From: Octopus vulgaris
Lineage: Eukaryota
Assembly: GCA_951406725.2 (NCBI GenBank)
Contig: OX597825.1
Span: 72,292,001 to 72,356,000 of the forward strand
Direction of reading: 5' to 3'
Length of the DNA: 64,000 nucleotides
Shown one piece after another: positions 12,485 to 25,228 of this stretch. Every line of letters begins with the position of its first letter. Within the stretch, counting starts at the first letter, position 1. The notes under the pieces were generated by a model. The model was not told the DNA's origin. It worked only from the letters and a program-made list of their open reading frames with translations, and did no database searches. A program made the position numbers and the translations under genes.

Positions 12485-13871
12485 CGATGGGCTTCTTTCA
12501 GTTTCTGTCTAACAAATCCAACCAGAAAGCTTTGGTCGGCTCAAGGCTATAGTTGGAGGCACTTGCCCAAAGTGCCATGCACTGGGACTGAACTTGGAAC
12601 TTGCGAGTGCGAGTAGGTATGTTGTCTAACTCGGCAAATATAGGAAAATACTAGGATATTTAAAATAGTAATGACAAAGCAAAATGGCCGTTTGATTGAA
12701 ATATGGGCAGTTAAACAATAACATGAAATCAAAACATTTTTGCTACCTACTAAGGCGGTGCTCCAGTATGGCCACAGTCAAATGACTGAAACAAGTAAAA
12801 GAAGACCAAACACTTAAATTTTGATCAATATTCCATGATGAAAAGCAACTACAGATTTGTCGCCCTTTCGTACAGATTCGTACGCCCTTTCACAATAAAC
12901 AACAACAATAATATTGGGTTTCAAATTTTGGCACACGGTCAGTAATTTCAGGGGAGGGTATATGTCGGTTACATCGACCCCCATTTGCTCATCTGGTACG
13001 TATTTTGCCGACCCCGAAAGACAAAAAAAAAAAACAAAAGACGTCAACTTCGGCAGAATTTGAACTCGGAACATGAAGACAGTCGGAATGCTGCTTATAA
13101 TTTTGGCCATTGCGGTAACGATTCTGCCATTTCACCACCTTAGACAACAACAAAGCTAGTGGAGGCGCAATGGCCCACATGATAGGGCAGCGGACACACG
13201 GTCGTAAGAACGCGTTTTCGATTCCCAGACCGGGCATTGTGGGTGTTTATTGAACAAAAACACCTAAGCTCCACGAGGCTCCGGCGGTGTGAGAGACCCC
13301 GCTGTACTCTTTCACTACAACTTTCTCCCACTCTCTCATCCCACTTCTGCCATAAAGCAGAGGAACCATGGCGTAACCCACTATGGTGTGGTAAACTTTA
13401 AGACCCTAGTCTAGATTACGAATCCTCTGTACCCCAGGATGGTTTAGCTATCCACTCGTTAAAAGCCACCGTTTACGGAATAAGGATAACAACGTAGCTT
13501 TCGCGCCCGTGCAGCCGCCAGTCTATTGCGTGTGGTGGGTGGACCTTCAAGTTGCCGCACGCATTCTTAGTAGCTTAGAGTAGGCTCGAATTAGAGATTA
13601 TTCTTTGTGGCTGATGGCGTTGAGTCCTGATTGGAAGAAGAAGAAGAAGAAGAAGAAGAAGAAGAAGAAGAAGAAGAAGAAAACAACAACAACGCTAATC
13701 TTGGTAAAGATATAGGCGCAGACATGGCTGCGTGGTTAAGAATCGTGCTTTGCATTCAGTCCCACTGCGGGACGCCTTGGGAAAGTGTCTTCAACTGCTA
13801 TAGATCCGAACTGATCAATATATTTTGAATGAATTTCGAAAAGGGAAACTGTGTGGAAGCCCGTTGTATTC

Positions 13872-13906
<35 letters not shown>

Positions 13907-14744
13907 TGAGTGAGTGAGTGAATGAGTGAGTATGTGTTTGCCTGTGTTTCTGTGCTCATGTATGCATGTATGTGTTTGTGTATGTGTGTGTGTGTGTGTG
14001 TATGTATGTGTGTGTGTATGTCTATGTGTTTTTGTTTGTCCCCACTGTTTGATTAGTGATGTTGGATTATTTACGACCCCTTAACATAGCGTTTCGGCAG
14101 AAGAACCGATAGAATATGTATCAGACTTAAGAATATGGTCGGTTTATTCGACTAAACACTCGAAGGCAGTGCTCCAGCATGGCTGCAATTCAACGACTGA
14201 AACGAGTAAAGGATTAATGACAAAAGATAATGTGAGGCAAGAGTAACAGAATTTTCACATCGATCAAATAACAACAAATAAAATTGTGACAAGCGACAAA
14301 AATGTTGAAGGTTACATGTGTAAGCAATAAATTATCTTCACTGTGAAGTCTCATCGTTGTTTGCTTCGTACAAGTAGTAACGCATTGCAAATGATCGCAT
14401 GAAAGGTAGGTCATCGACCATCTGTAAACACACCACCGAAACACAAGTCAATTCACCACCAGACAGATTCACCTACACACATGCACAAATATCGCAAGCG
14501 ATTGCAAATAAAAACAAGTGCAAATATACGGAGGGGAATGTATAGTTTGAATGTGGTTAATGAGAAAGCGAAAAAACAGAGGCAGTAGAACGAACTTCGC
14601 GCAATCAGAAGCATATAACCTAGTAGCCGAGGTAAATAAAAAATATAAATGGCCAAGCTATAGTTCTCACGATCCGCAAGTAAAAGAGAAAATCATGCAT
14701 AAATGGGCAGAGTATTAGGTTGCTATACTTCATACATATTGGAA

Positions 14745-14935
14745 GGTGCCGGGCGAAATGCGTAGCCGTATTTCGTCTGCCGTTACGTTCTGAGTTCAAA
14801 TTCCGCCGAGGTCGACTTTGCCTTTCATCCTTTCGAGGTCGATTAAATAAGTACCAGTTACGTACTGGGGTCGATATAATCAACTTAATCCGTTTGTCTG
14901 TCCTTGTTTAGTCCCTTGTCGGTAGTAAAGAAATA
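14745..14935 (+). mobile_element. SINE family A, 5'-truncated, 17-bp TSD
   Basis: TSD TATACTTCATACATATT at 14724-14740 and 14936-14952. Confidence 0.9.
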
Positions 14936-14959
14936 TATACTTCATACATATTTTGAAAC

Positions 14960-16300
14960 TACACGCTATCCTAAAATAGGTTTACTATAATGTCCTTAAT
15001 ATCTGGAGAAAAAAATAACCCTGTTGTAAAATAAATTTGGATCCCACTGGCTTAAAAAATTTAGATATATTCTTAAACCAAAAAATACCAGACATAGATT
15101 AGAACACGTAAATGTCAAATTACATAATAAAGTACCTCCGATTGTACGTGGAGGATTAGAGCTATAATTAACATATCTTAAGTTTTTATTGCGTTTGTGA
15201 AAAGGTGCATATAAACCAGTATTTACATCCAAAGATATATCCAGGAAATTCGCTAATCGATAGTTATTTTCTAACGTTTCAGATAGCCCAAAGGGTTAAA
15301 AGAACTCAGACAGTTTTTGCCTATTTTTTTCTAGTTCTACTGTACTGCAATTATCTAAAGTGAAGAGATCATCGACTATATATAATATGCCCTCTAATTT
15401 AGGAAAACAGGATTTTATTTAGAAAAGAATAAGCTTCCAAACAAGCCCTGTGACTTGAGTCGCGTTCCCTAGACTCCAATGAAATGTCGAAATTATCTAA
15501 TCTGTCCTCCGGGTCTACAGTTTGTCTTCATAGCCTTTATGAAATAAACCTAATTTTTGTACCCTTAGCGATTCATATTTAGCTTATATATAACAGTACC
15601 GGCGTCGTCACAACTTATAATAAACTGCTTAGATTATAATTTAATTAATATATAGTAAGCATGTTCTTTCACCTCAGTACTCCTTTATTAAATACCAGTA
15701 AATGCCAATGATCAATCTTCATAGATACCATCTAAGTTAATATTTAAGTATATAATATGAATAAATATTAAACTATTTCTATGTAATTTCTTTCCCTCTC
15801 TATTGTGGTAAATTTTGGTATATACTCAAAAGTATTCAAAAATTTTATCCTTCTGATTATAATAATATTCTTAATAATCATCTTGATAACCCTCAATTTT
15901 AACTTTATACAATATAGCAATATTGTTTAAATCATTTAACTATAGTACCCCATGATAACATTTTCCCTGTATTATCATCATTTGTTTTACTAGAGTCTTG
16001 CCCCTTTAACTGATAACTAATATCTTGATTTAAGATCTTCCTTTACCAAATCTCATTATATTGCTTCAAATTAATCTTGATAGATTTATGACTATGCCCA
16101 TTATGACTTCTGTCGAGTGCCTCAGCCCCTTTCCTAACTGACACTGCTCTTTTTTCCTTGGCCTTAGATTTTGATATCCAAAGATTTGATAAAGAAGACT
16201 ATAAATTAAAACTGATACCCAAAAATCAGTGACAAGCTAGATCTCAAACAAGTTTTTTCCCCGATGCCTTAGTAGCTTCTAAGCTGAAGTGAAGACAGCA
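14960..16300 (-). mobile_element. Decayed Penelope-like retroelement reverse transcriptase fragment
   Basis: Minus-strand remnants read DNFDISL../TQVTGLV (cf. FDVxMGSxDGAExCELVG), GILYIVDDL (YxDD region) and NFLDISLDVNTGLYAPFHKRNKNLRYVNYSSNPP (cf. FLDV...YxKPN..YV...SNHP of PLE RTs). The 5' boundary is uncertain. Confidence 0.75.
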
Positions 16301-16772
16301 TGGTCTTTGGGAGGTTTTAGGAAAAATTATACTAATGTGTCCATCTGTTTTAATTTAATTTAATTGTATGTATTTATGCAGCTGAGGATTGCTCTGCATT
16401 CAAATTGATGTAATGATTGTATTGTTCAATTAAATAGAGTCGCTTGAAACGATCATACTGCATTACCAATGGATATCCTGTTGGTTATTTTGATTTTTAT
16501 ATATGATATATGTATATACATAATACATATATAATAGATCAGGATTCTATGACCAGCAAAATTCATAGACTCATGAAGGTACACATACCATTGTCTTTTG
16601 AATGTCGTGGTCTTTGTATTCATCTGATGAAAACGGTTTTTTCTAATGATATAATGTCTTAATTAATCAATTAAGAATTCGTTGGAAACAGCTGTAGTAA
16701 ATTGACATATTATCCATCTGTTGTTGTTGTTGTTGTTGTTGTCGTGGTTGTTGATGTTGTCGTTGTTGTTGT

Positions 16773-16832
<60 letters not shown>

Positions 16833-17475
16833 AGTAGTTTCTGTTGCTGTTGTGTGTGTGTGTGTGTGTATTATTCTTACCATAATTGTTCTCGGTGTCT
16901 ATGTCGCAAGCCCATTCGGCTCTCTGTAATCAGTTGAACATCGACGTTATGATAGCCGGAGGGGAAAATAGCCGCACTATCACTTGGGTGTTGCCCATTT
17001 TAAGCCGATTAGATTGGAGTAATATGAGATGAAGAGTAATTCTTAAGAGCAAACCGTGTGCTTCATATCAAGAAAGTATTCCTACTACTTATGATCAAGT
17101 TCCAAACATCTAAAGCACTAGAACAGACATGATTTCATTCGGTTACGATGATGAAATCTTTTAATTGTTTGATTATCGGAATGGTATATTCATTGAACCA
17201 GTGTGTATATAGCTGAGTATTCCGTAGAGATGTATGCCTTTAATGTAATCGTTAGGCATAATCTGCCTTGCACAATGTTTGATAAGGTTGGTCCTCTAAA
17301 TTACAGGTATTGTCTGTTTTATGGTATAAGCAGTTGAGCACCACACTGACAGGTATTGTGTTGGCAACTAAGTTCCCACCGTTTTTTTTAATTTAAATTT
17401 TCTAAAAGGATTAATAAAAATAACAATTAATCAATCAATAATGTATTCACAGTTGTTGTTTCCAAATTCCCCCCA

Positions 17476-17762
17476 ACGGTGCCGATGATGATGACGATGA
17501 AGAAGAAGAAGGAGAAGGAGAAGATGACGATGATGATGGTGGTGATGACGATGACGACGATGATGATGATAACGATGATGATGAAGAAGAAGAAGAAGAG
17601 GGAGAAGAAGATTTTTTTTTCTTTGTTCTTCTTCTCCCTCTTCTTCTTCTTCTTCATCATCATCGTTATCATCATCATCGTCGTCATCGTCATCACCACC
17701 ATCATCATCGTCATCTTCTCCTTCTCCTTCTTCTTCTTCATCGTCATCATCATCGGCACCGT
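17476..17762. repeat. Perfect inverted repeat, 136-bp arms with a 15-nt spacer
   Basis: 17476-17611 is the reverse complement of 17627-17762; the ORF track gives the same peptide on both strands. Confidence 0.95.
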
Positions 17763-18043
17763 CATCTTCTTCTTCTTCTTCTTCTACTTCTCCACCTTCT
17801 ACCCCCACTAATGTCTTTAAGTATAACGCCTACGCAGCGACTGCCGGTCGCCACTGACCAGCCCAGATTTTCCCACTCCCACCCCCTCAAGAACTCACAA
17901 CGACCTCGAATACACAAGTGCAAACAAGGGAGTCAGAGAAAGGCAGAATGCCACATATATCTGAACACTACTATGGAAGTATTCCTTTAAAAAAACCTTT
18001 CTTCTAATTTTTCTAAATTTTTCAAAATTTAATTATTTAATCG

Positions 18044-18087
18044 TTACAGTTGAAAAGGTCTCAAAATGACCGAAACCGGTACTGAAA
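18044..18087 (+). ncRNA. Minimal type I hammerhead ribozyme motif (Penelope-type), U3-A8 core variant
   Basis: TTACAG-TTGAAAA-GGTC-tcaaaat-GACC-GAAA-CCGG-TA-CTGAAA. Stem I pairs 5/6, stem II has 4 bp, stem III is palindromic, and the cleavage triplet is GUA. Confidence 0.7.
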
Positions 18088-18171
18088 GATTCACTATAAA
18101 ATCATCTTAGCATTTTCTATTTTTGACTTGTTTTTTCATATATATCAACTCGTGTGTTCCTTTCCACCCTT

Positions 18172-18335
<164 letters not shown>

Positions 18336-18412
18336 CGTATGTTTATGATCCGAAAACGAAGGCTCTGTCCAAAGAACGACGTCATATCTCTTCTGCATAT
18401 CGTAGAACGACG

Positions 18413-18459
<47 letters not shown>

Positions 18460-19119
18460 GTATGTATATATATATGTGTGTATATATGTATGTATGTATG
18501 TATGTATGTGTGTGTGTGTTTGTATGTATGTATGTATGTGCATTTATGTCTACATGTATCTATTTTTAAAATCTTGTCTTCCTATCTGCTGACCTAAAAC
18601 TCCTTAATATCCGGTTTTAACCGAACGTCAATCACAGGATTCCTGCTTATACAAGTGTTGAACCAAAATTTATGCAAAAGTAGGCCCAGCTTTCATATTA
18701 ACTAACGCAGGTCATTCAAATTTCACACGTCGAAAGATTAACTCTTAGTATAGCGTAATTCTAATTGGTCTTCTTCAATGCACAATAATGGATTCCAAGA
18801 GAAAACAACGAGCCGACATATAGTTCTCCACGATGGAATGGCGCAGGCTGTTCAACATAGATAGAAGGTTGTAGCTTCTTTACGGAGGTCACACCATTGA
18901 GAGGAGCAGATGGATTATTAGGTTAAAAAAGGGGGAAAACATCAGCTTTGAAGACAAGCCATTCAGTGAGGGACCATCAACTACAACTACTGGCACGAAT
19001 TGCTGGCGAACGGTCGAATTGATTTTCGTAAGCAGACGACTCACAATTTATTAGTTTTCTGTTCAAATGAACTGTTGGCACAATGCGTTACACAAGATGG
19101 TGTAAAATTATAGATATTA

Positions 19120-19520
19120 GGCGTAGGAGTGGGTGTGTGGTAAGTAGCTTGCTTATCAACCACATGGTTCCGAGTTCACTCCCACTGCGTGGCACCTTGG
19201 GCAAGTGTCTTCCACTATAGCCTAGGGCTGTTCAAAGCCTTGTGAGTGGATTTGGTAGAGGAAACTGAAAGAAGCTCGTCGTATATATATGTATGTGTGT
19301 ATATATATGTTTGTGTGTCTGTGTTTGTCCCCCCAACATCGCTTGACAACCGATGCTAGTGTGTTTACGTCCCCGTAACTTAGCGGTTCGACAAAAGAGA
19401 CCGACAGAATAAGTACTAGGATTACAAAGAATATGTCATGGGGTCGATTTGCTCGACTAAAAACGGTGCTCCAGCATGGCCACAGTCAAATGACTGAAAC
19501 AAGTAAAAGAGTAAAAGAGT
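19120..19520 (+). mobile_element. SINE family B (tRNA-like head, CORE-like CCTTGGGCAAGT block, internal microsatellite, AAAGAGT tail)
   Basis: GGCGTAGGAGTGG(G/C)TGTGTGGTAAG...CACCTTGGGCAAGTGTCTTC...GACTGAAACAAGTAAAAGAG. The copy is inserted in the mariner relic. Confidence 0.9.
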
Positions 19521-19879
19521 AGAAGAGAAAGCGTTTGTGCAAAGTGAGTACCACGATAAAATGGAAACCTCGATTTGAATGCGAAAATATGGAAGTCTGC
19601 TCTGATCTGCTGAAGACAAGAGATACACATTTACTTTAGTCTGATAACAGGGACCGAAACATGAGCGTATGTTTATGATCCGAAAACGAAGGCTCTGTCC
19701 AAAGAACGACGTCATATCTCTTCTGCAAGGTTTAACAATTTGAAGAGCAATTCATGTCGACTGTTTTGTGGAGATGACGATGACCTCATGGTAATTGGTT
19801 TTCTGGATCATAGACGTACCGTACACATTGACCGGTATATTGAAGCAATCAAAAGGCTTAGAGAAGCCATTAGGAGAAA

Positions 19880-20277
19880 GGCGCAGGAGTGGCTGTGTGG
19901 TAAGTAGCTTGCTTACCAATCATATGGTTCCGGGTTCAGTCCCACTGCGTGGCACTTTGGGCAAGTGTCTTCTACTATAGCCTCGTACCGACCAAAGCCG
20001 GGTGAGTGGATTTGGTAGACGGAAAGAAACCCGTCGTATATATGTATATATGTGTGTGTGTTTGTGTGTCTGTGTTTGTTCCCCCAACATCGCTTGACAA
20101 CCGATGCTGGTGTGTTTAGGTCCCCGTAACTTAGCGGTTCGGCAAAAGAGACCGATAGAATAAGTACTAGGTTTACAAAGAATAAGTCCTGGGGTCGATT
20201 CGCTCGACTAAAGGCGGTGATCCGGCATGGCCTCAGTCAAATGACTGAAACAAGGAAAAGAGTAAAAGAGTAAAGAG
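19880..20277 (+). mobile_element. SINE family B copy
   Basis: Near-identical to 19120-19520 and 46212-46612. Confidence 0.9.
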
Positions 20278-20377
20278 CCCGAACAAGTATCTAAAAGCGA
20301 CGAACAATCGCTATGATAGTTTGCTATCACACACATCATTGGAAACGAATCAAACAATCAGCGAATTGGGTTGATAA

Positions 20378-20696
20378 TTTTTTTTTATTTATGCGGCCTT
20401 TTCAAGCCTAGCCAGGCTCATTGGCCCAGTTTCCTGGTTTCTGTGGCGCATGTGTTCCCACTAGCTGGACGGGACGCCAATCCATCGCAGTGTTACTCAA
20501 GAAACAGGAAGAAAGAGTGAGAGAAAGTTGGGGCGAAAGAGTACAACAGGGGTCGCCACCACACCCTGCCGGAGCCTCGTGGAGCTTTTAGGTGTTTTTG
20601 CTCAATAAACACACACAACGCCCGGTCTGAGAATTGAAACCGCGATCCTCCGACCGCAAGCCCGCTGCCCTAACCACTGGGCCATTGCGCCTCCTC
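20378..20696 (-). mobile_element. SINE family C copy, 12-bp TSD
   Basis: tRNA-like head GGAGGCGCAATGGCCCAGTGGTTAGGGCAGCGG...GGTTTCAATTC; TSD TTGGGTTGATAA at 20366-20377 and 20697-20708. Confidence 0.9.
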
Positions 20697-21121
20697 TTGG
20701 GTTGATAAGCGTTCCTCTACTTATCCTAGGGCCCAGATCTGGCACCTCTGACTTCCACCTGTTCGGTTCACTGAAAAAGTGTCAATCTTCAGTGACAGTG
20801 ATCTGATGACGAAGTCAATGAGAAAGTGGCTTGGAAGAAGTCGGTACAGCAGAGACACCCGAATGTGTTCAGAGAGGATCAAAAGATAGCTTATTTGTAT
20901 AGTCTGTAAGAGGAGACTGTGTTGTGCAGTATTTTTGTATAGACAGAGAGTGACTCAACAAACATTAGTAATTTCAACGCCCCACTGTCACTTGGTCAAA
21001 CTGCTATGCCCACTTAAGCATTACTTTCGGTACAGCACTTCCGAGTGTGTGTATGCGCGCGCGTAGGTGTAGGTGTATACACACACCCACACACAAGCAC
21101 ACACACATATGTATATATATG

Positions 21122-21173
<52 letters not shown>

Positions 21174-21523
21174 ATAAATAATATATAAATGATATAAATA
21201 ATATATGCATATATACATACATATATGTACATACCTACATCTATGTGTATATATACATGCGTATATGGGTATAGGACATCAAAAACCGTTGAACACAGTG
21301 AGAAACGGAAACACAAAAACAAAAACATGGAAACGAACATTTTTTCAAACAACGAAAAAACAGTACAAGACAGACAACACAAGGAATATTCCCCTTCTTC
21401 AGTTGTCTCGGTTTCGTCTACTCCGCGTTACGAAGGTAAGGACAAGACGCGACTTCGTTGAAACAGTCCTTCCCGCAAAGCAAATTGAATATCATTTGGA
21501 ATTTTTTGCGGAGGGGTAAAAAT

Positions 21524-21581
<58 letters not shown>

Positions 21582-21766
21582 CGCACGCGCGGCTATGTGG
21601 TAAGAAGCTTGCTTCCCACCCAAACACATGGTTCAGGGTTCAGTCCCACTGCATGAGACCTTGGGCTAGTATCTTCTACTTTAGCCTTGAGCTGACCAAA
21701 GCAAAGCTTTGCATGTAGATTTGGTAGACGGAAACTGAAAGAAGCCCATCATATAAAATTATATAT

Positions 21767-21869
<103 letters not shown>

Positions 21870-22738
21870 ACAATATAATATATATATATATATATAGTGA
21901 CAAATAGACACAGAGAGAGAGACTTGTGTATCAATAATGAGAATGTCATTAATTCTGATAATAATTTCTCAAAAAATAAGAAGGAAAGGAGATATTTGAA
22001 TGCTTAAGTTTAGTGCAAACTTTATAGATGGATGTAGTTAATTTTAGTGAGTGGATCATTATTTCGTAAGATGAGGAAACAGTGATAAAAAAGGAGAATG
22101 ATAAGAAATAATGTTCTGTTTAGCGATATGAATCTTGTTTTCGGTACATTCAATTTTATATATAAAATTTTACTTTTCTTACATGAGTCTTTGCTTTTTC
22201 CTTGTTTTTCCGATATTCTTTGGGATTTTTTTTTTTTTGCGTTGCTGTTAAAGTAGAAAACTTTTATTTGAAATAAATTACAAACATATAAATGGAATGT
22301 TGTTTTGTTATTTGGGCTTGGTTTTTTTTTTCATAGACATACACATAGCCTCGTTGCCTATGACTTGATTTATTCTTCACTTTTGATCAAATAATGTATT
22401 GTGTTTGTTTGTTTATTTGTTGTTGTGGTTGTGGTTGTGGTTGTTGTCGCTGCTGCTGCTACTGTTGCTGTTATTATTCTTCTTGCTATAGTTGTCATGT
22501 CATATTTCTGTCGTAGAAATTATTGCATAAATGCACACACAATATAAATAATATACATACGTATATATATATATATGCATGTATATATGCATGTATGTAT
22601 ATATATATATATATATATATACATACATGTATGTGTTTGTGTGTGTCTATGTGTGTGTTTGCGTGTGTGTGTGCGCACGTGACTGCGTTTGAATTTACAA
22701 ACCATGGAAAAAACATCCCCGGTACATCAGATAAAGTG

Positions 22739-22805
<67 letters not shown>

Positions 22806-22861
22806 ACATATATATATTTCCATTTTGGAACCGATAACTTTCTATGGAAGTTTTCACCTTC

Positions 22862-22961
<100 letters not shown>

Positions 22962-23336
22962 ATATATAAATATGTATGTATGTATGTATATATGTATGTA
23001 TGCATATATATAAATATATATATATGGATGTATCTGTCAATCTATCTATGTCTTTATTTATATGTATCTACGTATATGTTCGATTTGGATATAAATATAA
23101 TTATGTACACATACATATGTGCATATATATACACACGCATGTTTGTGTGTGTGTGCTTGCGCGCGTCTGTGTAACTTAGGTTTCTCCAGTTCAGAAGGCT
23201 GTCAGTGGAAGTAAAGTTCATTGAAGATGGTGACTTAAATGTATTCTCGGTTCAGACATCCAAAAATCACTTCATAACCCATACATCACGATTTTTTTAT
23301 GAAGCAAACCTTCACTTCACATGCCAAATAAATATT

Positions 23337-23419
<83 letters not shown>

Positions 23420-24050
23420 GACTGGATATCATATTTTTAATAGATATATACGAATGTTTCATTTTTGTTACTTTTTTATAGAGGTGTTGGATACAGGGAA
23501 ACATAAAGTTCAGACTTGTCAGTCACCCCTACATGGTGTTTTTTGTTTTATCTTTTAAATGTTTGTTGTCACAGTCATTGGACTGCGGCCATGCTGCAGC
23601 ATGATGTTCAGGCGTTTAGCTGAAAAGAAACGACTCCAGCACTGTTTTTAAAGCCTGATATTTATTCCAATTTTCCTTTTTGTCAGATCGAAAGATAACG
23701 GCGAGGTAAACCAACACTGGATGGCAAGCGGTGGTAGGGGACAAGATCGTCACAGACATAAAATGTTCCCTCTCGGGCTATGCAAAGCTCATAAGGGCCG
23801 GTTTCCCGGTAGAAATCCCCCACCTGGACGGGACGCCGGTCCGTCGCAGGATTACTCATTTTTGCCAGCTGAGTGGACTGGAGCAACGTGAAATGAAGTG
23901 TTTTGCTCAAGAACACAACGCATCGCCCGGTCCAGGAATCGAAACCACAACCTTACGATCATGAGTTCAACGTCCTAACCACTAAGCCACGCGCCTCCAC
24001 TACAGACATATAGATACATGAATAGAGACAGGCATACATAATATACATGC

Positions 24051-24081
<31 letters not shown>

Positions 24082-24780
24082 TGTATGTATGTATGTATGT
24101 GTGTGTATGTATGTATGTATGTATGTATGTATGTATGTATGTATGTATGTATGTATGTATGTATGTATGTACAGATGTGTATGTTTTGCTTTATGTATGT
24201 ATCTTCATGCATATAGTTGCATATCTAGACATGCTCATATACTCTTTTACTTGTTTCATCCATGTGACTGTGGCCATGCTGGAGCATGCGAACACACGCA
24301 CACACGAACAAACACACACACACACATACACAAGCACACACACACTCATGTATCCAGCAGAACCATTCACTGATAGAATTACTTCGTAATTAGCTCGGTG
24401 CAATAGTTATAACATTTACGTGTCAGAACTTCTCGCTTATTATCCGACCAGAAGCAGCGAACTAATTTTTTGAGAGAGAAGAATCAACAAGTCAACTGTA
24501 GAGCAAAAACAGTCAGTTGGTCAACAGGTTAGTGATAGATATGAGATCAAGTCCCACCAGGAGATCGCTCTAATTCCTTTCTATTTCAAATTGATCCTCA
24601 TCTCATATTACTTAATGCTAAATATATTTTCACTGCATTCCTGAAAATCCACAGATCAAAACGTAACTTATTACTACTGAAGAAACAAGTTTAATTGAAA
24701 CTGTCGAAAACTAATGCATCTAGCTCTGTATTTCTGTGCCAACTTATATACGTGCATCCATGTGTATCCATGCTTATAGG

Positions 24781-24809
<29 letters not shown>

Positions 24810-24814
<5 letters not shown>

Positions 24815-25090
24815 CACCTTGATCACCTTGACTGACCAGTCCGTCGGGCGTCCATTTGACACCGCTGGTCACAGTACGCTGTCCACTCCTCTCTGGATCG
24901 CGCCTTCCTCATCCACGTGATCCTAATCGCTCTCCTAAATTCGTAACGCCACCGTCGTGGAGGCCTTCCGAGTGGTCGTTTCCGCCCGCGCGGGTTCCAC
25001 TCGACAACTGCGCGGATCCACCGATTATCGGTGAGCCGGGCGACGTATCCAGCCCATTTAAACTTGATGCGTGTATATTCTACGATTAAT
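24810..25090 (-). mobile_element. 5'-truncated RTE-1-like LINE 3' end
   Basis: The minus strand reads KFKWAGYVARLTDNRWIRAVVEWNPRGRKRPLGRPPRRWRYEF...TWMRKARSREEW, followed by a tandem tail (TCAAGGTGA)2 running into a TA/TG microsatellite. Confidence 0.85.
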
Positions 25091-25228
25091 ATATATATAT
25101 TTGATTAATATATATATACATATTAATCAAAGGAATTCCAACTTTGATTTTCACGTTTTATTTACAATCTTATAATAATATAATACAATGAAATACTAAA
25201 ATATTAAATGTTTATTCTGATTGAACTA

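Larger units (their letters stand above)
18690..20990 (+). mobile_element. Decayed mariner-family transposon interrupted by three SINEs
   Basis: Fragments translate to EDKPFSEGPST (cf. EDxPRSGRPST, ~18950), [22 protein letters not shown] (cf. TGDETWVxxYDPETKxQSxEW, ~19650) and PDLAP/DFHLFGSLKK (cf. YSPDLAPSDFHLF, ~20735). Boundaries are approximate. Confidence 0.8.
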
